A stretch of 64,000 nt of DNA from an uncultured bacterium (GCA_963708045.1 OY970181.1:387740-451739), one strand, 5' to 3'. Counted from the first letter of the stretch, positions 48,831-58,605 are shown. The notes: generated from the letters alone by a model not told the origin. A program made the numbers and translations.

Positions 48831-49670
48831 ATGAAAAAAGTACTATCCGCCATCAATCATCCGGCCATGTTTGAACAGTCCGAGGTTTGACGGGTTTGGC
48901 ATAAAGAGCAATGGTTTTTTGCGATAAACGATGTGGTTGGGGTTTTGTCGCAAACCTCAAATGTTACCGATTATATTAAGAAAATGAGGCAGCGTGATGC
49001 TGAATTAGCCAAAGGGTGGGGACAGATTGTCACCCCCCTTTCCGTTAAAACAAAAGGCGGCGTTCAAAAGCTCAATTGTGCCAGTCTAGCCTCTATTTTT
49101 CGCATTGTTCAGTCAATTCCTTCGCCACAAGCTGAACCTTTTAAGCGTTGGTTGGCAAAAGTTGGGGGCGAGCGGATAGAAGAAATGCAGAACCCCGAAC
49201 TTGCGCTTAACCGTTCTCGTGAATATTGGAAAAAGCATGGCCGAAGCGAAAAATGGATTCAACAAAGAATGATGGGACAAGAATCTCGCAATAGGCTGAC
49301 GGATTACTGGAAACAGACAGGGGTTAAGGAGGGACAGGAATATGCCGTGCTCACGAATATTATCCATCAAGAATGGAGCGACTTGAGCGTAAAAGATCAC
49401 AAAGCGCTTAAGGGGTTGTCCAAGGTCAATAATTTACGCGACCATATGAATGAGGCCGAGCTAATTTTTACAGCTTTGGCAGAGCTTTCTACTAGGCAGA
49501 TTGCTGAGACGGAAAAAGCCATCGGGTTTGATGGAAATAAGTCGCCAGCCTTGCGCGGAGGACAAATTGCAAAGAATGCACGCTTGGCGCTTGAGGAAAA
49601 AACTGGAAAACGAGTAGTGAGCGGAGAAAATTATTTAACAGGCGGACGGAAAACAAAACGATTAAAGTAA
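48831..49670 (+). pseudogene. Bro-N/DinD-like (KilA-N-type) DNA-binding domain protein with in-frame TGA at 48888-48890
   Basis: Translation from ATG 48831 gives MKKVLSAINHPAMFEQSEV*RVWHKEQWFFAINDVVGVL. The segment after the TGA resembles the Bro-N/DinD N-terminal motif (IR..xxxxxWFxAxDV). The track ORF starts only at GTG 48933. Confidence 0.5.
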
Positions 49671-49674
49671 TCAT

Positions 49675-52600
49675 ATGTTAGAAAACGTACACTTTGACGA
49701 AGCACGGCAATCGCAACTCCCCGCCTTGGAGCTGCTTTTGGCGATGGGATACAAATATATTTCAGCAGAAGAATGCTTACGCCAGCGTGGAGGTGATACG
49801 AGTAATTTTATCCTTACAGATATTGCCGCTGAAAAATTGATGGCGATCAATGGGTATGAGATTAACGGGGTAGAATCAAAATTTAGCGAAAAGGATGTTC
49901 GGGATGCGATTGATGAGTTGGAACATATTCAATATGAAGGACTGATTGATACAGCGCAGAAAATTTATAATATCGTTATGCCGACTTCGGGGGGGAAAAC
50001 GATCAAGGTAAGCGTTGGCGGAAAAACAGTATCTAAAAATTTTCGTTTTATTGATTTTCAAAACCCACGGAATAACACTTTTCATGTGACGGCCGAATTT
50101 GAGGCTTCGGGTAAGCAGAATATTCGGCCGGATATTGTTTGTTTTGTTAATGGTATTCCGCTTGCAGTCATTGAGAACAAAAAATCAAGCGTTGATGTTG
50201 TTGAGGCATTAAACCAGATGAACCGGAACCAAGGGGCTGAATTTTGTCCCAAGCTTTTTACCTACACACAGTTACTCGTGGGAACGAACGGCAAAGAACT
50301 TAAATATGGCACGACCGGAACGCCGAATAAGTTTTATGCGGTTTGGAAGGAAAAGGGGATGACAGATGACGAAATTGAAAGCGAAGTCGTTTCGGTCATG
50401 CAAAAGAAAATTTATTTAAATGATTATAACAATGTCTGCGATGACCTAAACGGTGATACACGCGATGCTTTACCGCAATCGGTTCGTTTAGTTACGGAAC
50501 AGGACAAAGGGATCGTATTTTTGTTTAAGCCGGAGCGGCTTCTTGAACTAACCAAGAACTACATTCTCTTTGATGCCGGAGTTAAAAAGCTTTCCCGTTA
50601 TCAGCAGTTTTTTGCGATCAATAAAATGATGGCGCGTATTTTTGAGGAGGAAGCATCGCCAGTAGGCGGCGAACGGCGGCATGGCGGTTTAGTATGGCAT
50701 ACGCAAGGGTCAGGCAAATCGCTTACAATGGTTATGTTTGTAAAAGCGTTAATTGAGAACCCGCACATTATCAACCCGCGCGTTATTATTGTTACTGATC
50801 GTCGGGATCTTGATAAACAAATCAGGGATACATTTAAGAATTGCAATTTAAAAAAAGAAGTTATACAGGCGACCAGCGGCCAGCATTTGCTTGGTCTGAT
50901 TAATGACAAAAATCTTGCCGTAATTACGACCCTCGTACATAAGTTTGAATCGGCCTCAAAGAAAAAGACCGGTTTAGTTGACTACGATAAAAATATTTTT
51001 GTCTTGGTTGACGAAGCGCACCGCAGTCAAAACGGCATTGCGAACATTGAGATGAACCGGATTATTCCGAACGCTTGCTATATCGGTTTTACCGGTACGC
51101 CGCTCATGACCTCGGAAAAAGAAAGCTGGAAAAAGTTCGGCGGCTACATTGACCGCTACACAATTGACGACGCTTTGGCCGATAAAATTATTTTGCCGCT
51201 CATCTACGAGGGGCGGTATGTGGACATGGTGCAAAACGAAGAGCAGGTTGATCGCCAAGTTGAGCGGATCACCGCCGACCTAAACGACAAGCAAAAGCGC
51301 GATCTGCAAAAATATATTGGTTCAAGGATTGTCAAAGATAATCCTCAGCGCATCGTAGAAATTTCATACGACATTGAAAAGCACTATATAAGGAACTTCC
51401 AAAACACCGGCCTAAAGGCGCAAATTGTCGCGCCGTCCAAATTTTCGGCCATTCTTTTCCAAAAGTTCTTTCAGACGAACGGCAAAATTCGCACCGCTGT
51501 CGTAATTTCCGATGAACACGACGATGGCGACGAAGCTGATACTCACAAAAAAGAAGTGGTTGATTATCTTAATACCGTGCGGAAAAACCACAGTAGCGTT
51601 GAAAGTTATGAGAAAGAAGTAATCAATAGCTTTAAAAACAATGAAGACGGGATTGAGATAATTATCGTTGTTGATAAACTGCTGACGGGTTTTGATGCGC
51701 CCAGAAACACGGTGCTGTACTTGGCCGAAGACTTGCGCGATCATAATCTGCTTCAAGCCATTGCCCGCGTCAATCGTTTGTTTGAAAACAAAAAACTTCC
51801 CAAGACGGCGGGATATATTATTGATTACTCGGAAAACGCCAAGAATATTGATACGGCGATGAAACTCTTCGGCAATTACGACAAGGATGACGTTAAAGGG
51901 ACGCTTATTGATGTTAAAGAAAAGGTGGAGGAATTGGAACAGAGCTATGCGCTAGTGCATGATCTTTTTGGCGGCATAAAAGGATCGTCCGACGACGAAG
52001 CTTTTTTGCGCGTTCTTTCAGACGATCCTAAGCGCGAAATGTTTTATAAGTCGCTCGCCGCGTTCATTAAAAACCTAAATGAATGTTTTGTTCTTCAGGA
52101 TTTTGTGCATGAATTCAAACATTTGGATATATATACGCGCGAGCTTAAAAAGTTAATGGAACTTAGGAAGGCGGCGAGCTTAAAATATGCCGATCGCATT
52201 GACTTGGCCGAATACAAACAGTCGCTCGTTAATATCCTTGATAAATATATTGATGCTCGTGGTGTTGAGTTATTAACCAAGCAGATCAATATTACTGATC
52301 GTAAGCAGTTTGAAGAAGCTATTGATACTTTAGGTTCGGACAGGTCAAAGGCGGAGGCGATTGCCATGCAAACTAATAAAACTATTAGCGAAAAAATGGA
52401 GACTGATCCAGAATTCTATGAACGGTTCTCTAAAAAAATTGATCTTATTCTGCAAGAGATGCGCCAGGGCAAGTTAGCCGATGTTGCCGCGCTTAAACAG
52501 CTAAAGTTGATTAAAGACGATGTGATTAATAAGAAAGATAACGACCTGCCTGAACCAATTGTCGCTCTTAAAGGGTCGGATGTCTTTTATCGCAACCTGC

Positions 52601-52863
52601 GGGATTGCTTTGTTTTGTTTAAACTACCCGACGACTTATATATTGCCATTATTTTGGATATTTTTAATCTGGTTAAGCGTGAGGCGATTGTTGATTGGTA
52701 TAAAAACCTTGACGCCAAGCGTCAGATTATTAATAAGCTCGACGACTATCTTTATGATGTCGTTAAGAACGAGAAAAAAATTGATTTGTCCGACGACAAT
52801 ATGAAGTTAATTATTTCAAGCGTGCTTTCGCTCGCAGAAAATAATTATGAGCTCTTTGTTTAG
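49675..52863 (+). CDS. hsdR: Type I restriction enzyme R subunit (helicase-nuclease)
   Basis: N-terminal nuclease region. SF2 helicase motifs (TQGSGKSLTMV, DEAHRSQ) and HsdR C-terminal domain. 1062 aa. Confidence 0.9.
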   Translation: MLENVHFDEARQSQLPALELLLAMGYKYISAEECLRQRGGDTSNFILTDIAAEKLMAINGYEINGVESKFSEKDVRDAIDELEHIQYEGLIDTAQKIYNIVMPTSGGKTIKVSVGGKTVSKNFRFIDFQNPRNNTFHVTAEFEASGKQNIRPDIVCFVNGIPLAVIENKKSSVDVVEALNQMNRNQGAEFCPKLFTYTQLLVGTNGKELKYGTTGTPNKFYAVWKEKGMTDDEIESEVVSVMQKKIYLNDYNNVCDDLNGDTRDALPQSVRLVTEQDKGIVFLFKPERLLELTKNYILFDAGVKKLSRYQQFFAINKMMARIFEEEASPVGGERRHGGLVWHTQGSGKSLTMVMFVKALIENPHIINPRVIIVTDRRDLDKQIRDTFKNCNLKKEVIQATSGQHLLGLINDKNLAVITTLVHKFESASKKKTGLVDYDKNIFVLVDEAHRSQNGIANIEMNRIIPNACYIGFTGTPLMTSEKESWKKFGGYIDRYTIDDALADKIILPLIYEGRYVDMVQNEEQVDRQVERITADLNDKQKRDLQKYIGSRIVKDNPQRIVEISYDIEKHYIRNFQNTGLKAQIVAPSKFSAILFQKFFQTNGKIRTAVVISDEHDDGDEADTHKKEVVDYLNTVRKNHSSVESYEKEVINSFKNNEDGIEIIIVVDKLLTGFDAPRNTVLYLAEDLRDHNLLQAIARVNRLFENKKLPKTAGYIIDYSENAKNIDTAMKLFGNYDKDDVKGTLIDVKEKVEELEQSYALVHDLFGGIKGSSDDEAFLRVLSDDPKREMFYKSLAAFIKNLNECFVLQDFVHEFKHLDIYTRELKKLMELRKAASLKYADRIDLAEYKQSLVNILDKYIDARGVELLTKQINITDRKQFEEAIDTLGSDRSKAEAIAMQTNKTISEKMETDPEFYERFSKKIDLILQEMRQGKLADVAALKQLKLIKDDVINKKDNDLPEPIVALKGSDVFYRNLRDCFVLFKLPDDLYIAIILDIFNLVKREAIVDWYKNLDAKRQIINKLDDYLYDVVKNEKKIDLSDDNMKLIISSVLSLAENNYELFV

Positions 52864-53578
52864 CGGAAAAAAGGAATTTATTTTTGGTTCGTTTGCATAT
52901 CATTACGACCTTGTAATGCAAGACCGAAAAACGTTTAGCCTTACAGTTAAGCCTGATCTTGGTATAACCTTAAAATGTCCACATAGTGCCGGAGAAGAAC
53001 GGGTTGAAAACTTCCTAAAGAAAAAATGGTTTTGGCTTGAGAAGCAGTTGTCATTTTTTAAAAAATATCAACGAAAGGTATATCAAAAGGAATATATTTC
53101 AGGAGAGGGATTTTTGTACCTAGGCAAGCAATATACGTTGATGATAAAAAAAGCGTCCGAAGACAGAGTATCTCTAGTCAAGGGGATTATGCTGGCACAA
53201 ACAAAATTTGGTACAAGCGACATGTTGCATACACAAATATTATTACGCGATTGGTATTTTGACAGGATTTCTAAAATATTTTTTGAACGTTTTAAAAAAG
53301 TGTTATCGTATTTTGATTATAAAAATGTTCCCCCTTTGAGGATAAAATATATGCAAAAACGGTGGGGGAGTTATTTGGACGAAAAAATGATAATTTTAAA
53401 TCCAAAATTGATTCACGCGCCCAAGGAATGCATTGATTATGTAATTACTCACGAGCTTTGTCATATTAAATACAAAGAACACAATAAAAATTTTTATAAA
53501 TTACTAAGCGAGAAATATCCCAAGTGGGAGAAAGCTAAAGAAAAGCTGGAAATAATCGGAACACACGAAATACCTTAA
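52847..53578 (+). CDS. DUF45/YgjP-like M48-family zinc metallopeptidase (WLM-type), commonly hsdR-associated
   Basis: HExxH motif ITHELCHIKY. 243 aa. Overlaps the hsdR stop by 17 nt. Confidence 0.75.
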   Translation: MSSLFSGKKEFIFGSFAYHYDLVMQDRKTFSLTVKPDLGITLKCPHSAGEERVENFLKKKWFWLEKQLSFFKKYQRKVYQKEYISGEGFLYLGKQYTLMIKKASEDRVSLVKGIMLAQTKFGTSDMLHTQILLRDWYFDRISKIFFERFKKVLSYFDYKNVPPLRIKYMQKRWGSYLDEKMIILNPKLIHAPKECIDYVITHELCHIKYKEHNKNFYKLLSEKYPKWEKAKEKLEIIGTHEIP

Positions 53579-53617
53579 AGTGGGATTTTTTAATAGAAAT
53601 GCTATCATTAACTTTCT

Positions 53618-54547
53618 ATGGGCATTGCTGAAATATTTGTGATCGTTCTTGGGCTGACGTTGTTTGAGATTGTCTCATCAATTGATAACGCGGTTATTAA
53701 TGCCGACGTGCTTACGACGATGTCGGCGAAGGCACGGCGGTGGTTTCTTGTTTATGGAATTTTTATCGCCGTCTTTGTCGTCCGCGGTCTTTTGCCACTC
53801 CTCATTGTTTATTTTTCTACGCCCGGCCTCGGACTTTGGAACGCGCTTTCGGCCACCTTTAGTTCCGACCCCAAGGTTCTAGAAATTATAGAAAAACAAA
53901 CGCCGGTTTTGCTCGCGGGCGGCGGTCTTTATTTGGTTTTTCTATTTTTGCACTGGCTCTTCATTGAAAAAAAGGAATATGCTTTCTTTTTTGAACGCCA
54001 CGTTCACGAGAAGATGTATTTTTGGTTTTATTCGCTGGCCTCGGTGATTTTGTTGGTGCTGGTTTGGCTCACAATGAAAATAAATCCAATGATCGCTTTG
54101 GGTACGGTCGTTGGTTCCACAGCATTTTTCATTACGAACGGCTTTAAGCACAATGCCGAAGAAACGGAAAAACGGCTAATGGCGGGAAGCGGGCTTTCGG
54201 ACTTAAGCAAAATTATTTATCTGGAAATTATTGACACGACTTTTTCTATAGACGGCGTTTTGGGCGCGTTTGCTTTTACCGTTTCCATCCCGCTCATTCT
54301 TATTGGAAACGGCTTGGGCGCGTTTGTTGTTCGTTATATAACCGTGCACGGAATCGCGACGGTTAAAAAATACCGCTATCTTAAAAACGGCGCCATGTAT
54401 TCGGTCGCCGCGCTTGGCGTGGTGATGATTATGGAAAGTTTGGCCGTTCACGTTTATACGCTGTTACCACCGCTCATCACCGTCGTTGTTATTGGACTTT
54501 TCTTTTGGCTTTCGGTTCGCGAGTTAAAAATTAAAAAGGTGATATAA
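53618..54547 (+). CDS. TerC-family integral membrane protein
   Basis: Multiple TM helices with the hallmark DNAVI (EIVSSIDNAVINADVL) motif near the N-terminus. Confidence 0.6.
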   Translation: MGIAEIFVIVLGLTLFEIVSSIDNAVINADVLTTMSAKARRWFLVYGIFIAVFVVRGLLPLLIVYFSTPGLGLWNALSATFSSDPKVLEIIEKQTPVLLAGGGLYLVFLFLHWLFIEKKEYAFFFERHVHEKMYFWFYSLASVILLVLVWLTMKINPMIALGTVVGSTAFFITNGFKHNAEETEKRLMAGSGLSDLSKIIYLEIIDTTFSIDGVLGAFAFTVSIPLILIGNGLGAFVVRYITVHGIATVKKYRYLKNGAMYSVAALGVVMIMESLAVHVYTLLPPLITVVVIGLFFWLSVRELKIKKVI

Positions 54548-54576
54548 AAAAGATCCCGCCAAAGCGGGATCTTTTA
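54546..54576 (+). terminator. intrinsic terminator
   Basis: agatcccgc caaa gcgggatct plus TTTT. Confidence 0.6.
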
Positions 54577-54578
54577 AT

Positions 54579-54651
54579 TGCACGCTGTAGGGATCGAACC
54601 TACGGCCTTCTCCGTGTAAAGGAGTTGCTCTACCGCTGAGCTAAGCGTGCG
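54579..54651 (-). tRNA. tRNA-Val (anticodon UAC)
   Basis: 73-nt cloverleaf on the minus strand. Acceptor CGCACGC/GCGTGCG. Anticodon loop TTTACAC. T-loop GGTTCGATCC. Confidence 0.85.
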
Positions 54652-55041
54652 AAACAAGTTGCCTCTTTAAACTAACAGAATAGCCTATTTTTTTCCAGTC
54701 CTTGTCATTATTTATATGATTGTGTAGGATAAGTTTGATTCGGTTGTCGCTTTTCGTCATACCCGAAAAGATATGCAACTGATGCTTTCAAGATCAAAGA
54801 AGGTGCCGGTTTGGAGATCCACTGCGATCTTCAGACAATGGCCAAAACTAAAAGTGGATCTGAGTGCAAAGATCCACACAGGCGTACTACCCGTGAGGTA
54901 CCAATGATGCAACGCGGACGACCACAACTTTCCACTTCTTCTCAAACCCTACGATGACAACCGCGACCGCCGTAAAAGGAGGTGATGCCAATGCCTGATT
55001 CCGTTGTCGGGTTTCCGTAGCGCACAAATCAAAACGTATAA

Positions 55042-55069
55042 GCCGAGGAGGTATGACCTCGGTTTTTTC
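55042..55069 (+). terminator. orphan intrinsic terminator at the end of a ~400-nt ORF-free region
   Basis: ccgaggaggtatgacctcgg plus TTTTTT. No upstream + strand gene. Confidence 0.5.
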
Positions 55070-55202
55070 GTATTTATTTTATGCCCTCCCCCGAGTGCGG
55101 GGGAGGGGTTGGGGAGAGGGTTGTTTATTTTTTTTGCGATTTGCGTTAAACTCGGCTTGGTTTTGGCACTGCTTCGCACGTTCATTTTAGGAGGGAAAGT
55201 TC

Positions 55203-55886
55203 ATGAAAAATCAAACGTTTTCGCAAGAGTTTTATCCGATCCGCTTTGGCTGGCTTAAGACAATGCCGATGTTGATTTTTTTGGCGGCGATTATATATGT
55301 GTGGTTTGCGGCGTTAAAATCAGCGCACCTTGGGCCGCATTTGGTCGCGGTCGGTATACTTGGCGTATTGGTAACCGTCTTTGTGTGCTCTGTGTTTCAG
55401 ATGTTTTTCTCTGGCATCTACGTGGGTGATTGGAAATTTCTCCTAAACTATCTATGCAAGAATGTTATTGGTTTTGAAGTATGGATTTTAAAAGTTGGCG
55501 ACGGAGGGCCAATTTTTTCCATCAGACCTCGTGGAGCGAGTTTAGAAAAAGTACTGGATGGTGAGCGGGGAGATGGTTGGATGATTCGCTATTCGCTTGG
55601 CGGCTGGTTTCCGCGACGAGGGAGAATTGTTCATTGTAATGATGGTACGAATCTTGATTACGCCGGCCGCGTCAAAACTGTGGACATATCTGACCTTGAC
55701 CCATTGGAGCACTGGCTCTTGGTTCCCGACAGATTGTGCATAAAAGGCAAACCGCGTTTGATTGAGGAAGCTGTGGTGGGTGATCTATTTAATTGGACGC
55801 CGAGCTTTGTTCAGTTTGGTGGAATTAACTGGCGGGCGCATCACGAGCACGGTCATAAAGCGTTTCTTGAGGGGAATGAAGATTGA
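55203..55886 (+). CDS. hypothetical membrane protein
   Basis: Two N-terminal TM helices and a Gly/Trp-rich C-terminal domain. No family recognised. Confidence 0.45.
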   Translation: MKNQTFSQEFYPIRFGWLKTMPMLIFLAAIIYVWFAALKSAHLGPHLVAVGILGVLVTVFVCSVFQMFFSGIYVGDWKFLLNYLCKNVIGFEVWILKVGDGGPIFSIRPRGASLEKVLDGERGDGWMIRYSLGGWFPRRGRIVHCNDGTNLDYAGRVKTVDISDLDPLEHWLLVPDRLCIKGKPRLIEEAVVGDLFNWTPSFVQFGGINWRAHHEHGHKAFLEGNED

Positions 55887-55949
55887 CACATTCGCAGGCT
55901 GGGGCTTATCGCTCCAGCCTGTAATAATTTTGTGCTATAATAAATATAT

Positions 55950-56207
55950 ATGACTTGGGGAAGATTTTTTATCGCGCTTATCGGAACGATTGCCGGCTTT
56001 ATGCTGGTCTGGAAAACCGAGCCTGTTTTTGGTTTTACCGGCCGGTTTGATTTTGCCGAAAAGTATTTGGGAACCGAAGGTGGATCGCGTCTTTTTATAA
56101 AAATTATCGGCTGTATCGTGATTTTGGTTTCTTGGATGTATGGTTTTAATGTTGGCGGAATAATCATTCAAAAGCTATTCCTTCCCGGCCAGCCGGTTGA
56201 ATATTAA
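55950..56207 (+). CDS. hypothetical small membrane protein
   Basis: 85 aa with two predicted TM helices. Confidence 0.4.
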   Translation: MTWGRFFIALIGTIAGFMLVWKTEPVFGFTGRFDFAEKYLGTEGGSRLFIKIIGCIVILVSWMYGFNVGGIIIQKLFLPGQPVEY

Positions 56208-56757
56208 ATTTATGCCTCTTGGAACAAGCGTTCTTCTTGACCCCGATGCCGTCCTTGCCCGCGCCGGCGTTCGCGCCGGTTTTGTTGTGGCTGATCTTGG
56301 ATGCGGCACAACTGGGTATTTTATTTTGCCCGCCGCGCGCTTAGTTGGTGAAACCGGCCGCGCGATTGCTGTTGATATTATTCAATCTATTTTAGCCGGC
56401 GTTGCTGGCCGCGCGCGTTTTGAGGGCTTAACCAGTCTAGAAACTTTGTGGGCTGACTGTGAACGCCCGGGCGGCGTAAAATTATCAGACAACACTTGCG
56501 ACATCACCCTTGTCATAAACAATATGTATCAGGCAAAAAACCGCGGCGTATTTCTCGCCGAAGCCGCGCGTCTTACTAAGCCTGAAGGCAAAGTGGTGAT
56601 TATAGATTGGAAAACGGCGGCAACGCCGCTTGGTCCGCCTCCGGGGGAAAGGGTCGCGGCAGAAATAGTTAGAATAGACGCGGAAAAAGCCGGTCTTAAA
56701 CTTACTGAAAATTTTGAGCCAGGGCCGTATCACTGGGGAATGCTCTTCGCAAAATAA
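56197..56757 (+). CDS. class I SAM-dependent methyltransferase
   Basis: Motif I VADLGCGTTGY, then the conserved acidic residue (AVDI). Confidence 0.7.
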   Translation: MNIKFMPLGTSVLLDPDAVLARAGVRAGFVVADLGCGTTGYFILPAARLVGETGRAIAVDIIQSILAGVAGRARFEGLTSLETLWADCERPGGVKLSDNTCDITLVINNMYQAKNRGVFLAEAARLTKPEGKVVIIDWKTAATPLGPPPGERVAAEIVRIDAEKAGLKLTENFEPGPYHWGMLFAK

Positions 56758-56765
56758 TTATCAAA

Positions 56766-56787
56766 AAGTCCCTGATGGGACTTTTTG
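56766..56787 (+). terminator. intrinsic terminator
   Basis: agtccc tgat gggact plus TTTTT. Confidence 0.5.
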
Positions 56788-56825
56788 ATATTGCCTTCTT
56801 GCTGCGGTTCGTGTAATCTTTTCCG

Positions 56826-56892
56826 AATGGACCACATACCATGGACCACGCACCACACGGGTGTTTCATGGTTTATTGTTCATGGTACATAA
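56826..56892. repeat. imperfect palindrome built from catgg/ccatg/accac words
   Basis: accacataccatggaccacgcaccacacgggtgtttcatggtttattgttcatggtaca. Confidence 0.45.
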
Positions 56893-56900
56893 ATTATAAT

Positions 56901-57302
56901 ATGCAATATCTAAAATCTCTTATCTCGTTATCTTATTGGTTTAATTTAAATCCAGCGCCGTTTATGTCGCTCGTTTGGACGGTTCTTGGAATTTTGATTA
57001 TTGTTCTTTTTGTTGCCTCGGCCGCTACAAAATATTTGTCTTTTGCGAACCGAAAAAATCCGCCGCTTCACCGGATTCTTTCGCGCGCCGGCCGTGCTGG
57101 CCTTTGGGTAAGCGTTGTCGCGCTTCTTTTTTACTTCTTTAACTTTGAAGGTTTGCCAACACTCTCGGCTCGTTTTTGGTGGGCATTAATCGCCATTGGC
57201 GGCATTGTTTGGGCGGTATTTATTTTTATTGATTTCAAAAAAAATTACGCCCCCGCCCGAAAAACATTTTTAGAAAAACAAGAAAAAGAAAAGTACCTCT
57301 AA
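56901..57302 (+). CDS. hypothetical membrane protein
   Basis: Start taken at MQYLKSL, downstream of the palindromic repeat. 3-4 TM helices. Confidence 0.4.
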   Translation: MQYLKSLISLSYWFNLNPAPFMSLVWTVLGILIIVLFVASAATKYLSFANRKNPPLHRILSRAGRAGLWVSVVALLFYFFNFEGLPTLSARFWWALIAIGGIVWAVFIFIDFKKNYAPARKTFLEKQEKEKYL

Positions 57303-57388
57303 ACATGAACCATGTACCATAAACCACACACCATACGGATGGTACATGGTGCGTGGTACATGGTTCATGGTGTGTGGTTCATGAAAAA
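57303..57388. repeat. long imperfect palindrome built from catgaacc/ggttcatg words
   Basis: catgaaccatgtaccataaaccacacaccatacgg / atggtacatggtgcgtggtacatggttcatggtgtgtggttcatg. Confidence 0.5.
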
Positions 57389-57390
57389 GT

Positions 57391-57747
57391 ATGTCCAACC
57401 AATCTTTTGGACTGATCGGTCAAAATTTTGCCGAAAAATATCTTCGTAATCTGGGCTATAAAATAATCGTCCGTAATTTTCGGACGCGCTTTGGTGAAAT
57501 AGACATTATTGCCAAAGAAGGGGAGGATTTTGTTTTTGTTGAAGTTAAAACTCGGCGTGACCAACGTTTTGGCGCGCCCGAAGAAGCGGTTACCAAAACA
57601 AAACAGCGGCATTTACTTGCCGCCGCGCAAATTTATTTGCAAAAAATTCGTCGGATTAACGATCCGTGGCGCGTGGACGTTATCGCGCTTCTTGGCGACG
57701 GAATAAATTTTTCAGTGAATCACATTAAAAACGCCGTGAGCGCTTAG
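57391..57747 (+). CDS. yraN: YraN/UPF0102 family endonuclease
   Basis: GEIDIIAKEGEDFVFVEVKTR motif. 118 aa. Confidence 0.8.
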   Translation: MSNQSFGLIGQNFAEKYLRNLGYKIIVRNFRTRFGEIDIIAKEGEDFVFVEVKTRRDQRFGAPEEAVTKTKQRHLLAAAQIYLQKIRRINDPWRVDVIALLGDGINFSVNHIKNAVSA

Positions 57748-58472
57748 GCGGGAAATTCTGCCGCCAAATTTACGACCGCCCAAATTTTTTGATGCATTTC
57801 TTCGGGCGAAAGCATTCGTCCGTCTTGAACGCACTCAATTAGTTTAGTGTTGGGAAATATCTCGGCGATCTCGGTGTAAACTCTTTCTGCGTTTTTTAAA
57901 TGTTGAATATCAGCCTCATGCAGATCGCGTTTTTTTCCGTTTACATAACGGCGTTCGGCGGCTGATTTTTTATCAACTAGCAACTGCGCCATTTCCGCCG
58001 GCATATGCAAAATAATGTTAAGGTCGGGGCGGGGAATATTAAAGACGCCGTATTCAAGGTCGTCTAGCCATTTAAAAAACGCAAGCCGTTCCGAGATGTC
58101 CGCAATCTTGCCCCCCTGGTGTCCAGCATTAGCCGTTACATAACGATTGGAAACGATAATCTCGCCGCGGTTCAGACATTCGCGAATTTTGAATGAAGCG
58201 TCAAACCGGTCTATTGCATAAAAGGTTGAGGCGGCGCGCGGGGTCATTTGTCCATATTTTCCGTCGAGATATTCCTCAACCGGCCCTGCCGATTTGTTTC
58301 CGTATTGGGGAAAATCGGTCATTTGCACGGGGTATCCTTCCAAAATCAATCTTTCTAGTAATAATTTTGTTTGCGTTGCCTTGCCACTGCCATCGGTTCC
58401 GTCTATTACGATAAATCGGCCTTTGGCGGGAGTTTGGTGATTGGTTGGTTTAATATTTGTTTGCGAAATCAT
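57744..58472 (-). CDS. tmk: thymidylate kinase
   Basis: P-loop IVIDGTDGSGKATQ and a DRF/DRY-like region. Convergent with yraN, with a 4-nt overlap. Confidence 0.85.
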   Translation of the reverse strand: MISQTNIKPTNHQTPAKGRFIVIDGTDGSGKATQTKLLLERLILEGYPVQMTDFPQYGNKSAGPVEEYLDGKYGQMTPRAASTFYAIDRFDASFKIRECLNRGEIIVSNRYVTANAGHQGGKIADISERLAFFKWLDDLEYGVFNIPRPDLNIILHMPAEMAQLLVDKKSAAERRYVNGKKRDLHEADIQHLKNAERVYTEIAEIFPNTKLIECVQDGRMLSPEEMHQKIWAVVNLAAEFPA

Positions 58473-58605
58473 AATTTAATTTTTGTTTACCGTGCTTGCT
58501 GGTTGTAGGTTATCATAACGAGAAATATTATTCACATTGCGCGCGCGGGAAGTGAATGATAAGGTTCCTGAATTATTAAAAGATAGCCTTTAATTGCTAA
58601 TAAAT

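Noticed and set aside
42800-48890. Hypothesis that TGA is recoded (genetic code 25 Gly or code 4 Trp), which would explain the in-frame TGAs in the PHP and Bro-N genes.
   Set aside because: TGA functions as a stop elsewhere. The pilin stop at 25043-25045 is followed directly by an intrinsic terminator. TGA stops at 42510-42512 and 47586-47588 sit in canonical overlapping stop/start junctions. Long genes such as uvrA, valS and hsdR contain no in-frame TGA at all. Standard code 11 with rare TGA fits best.
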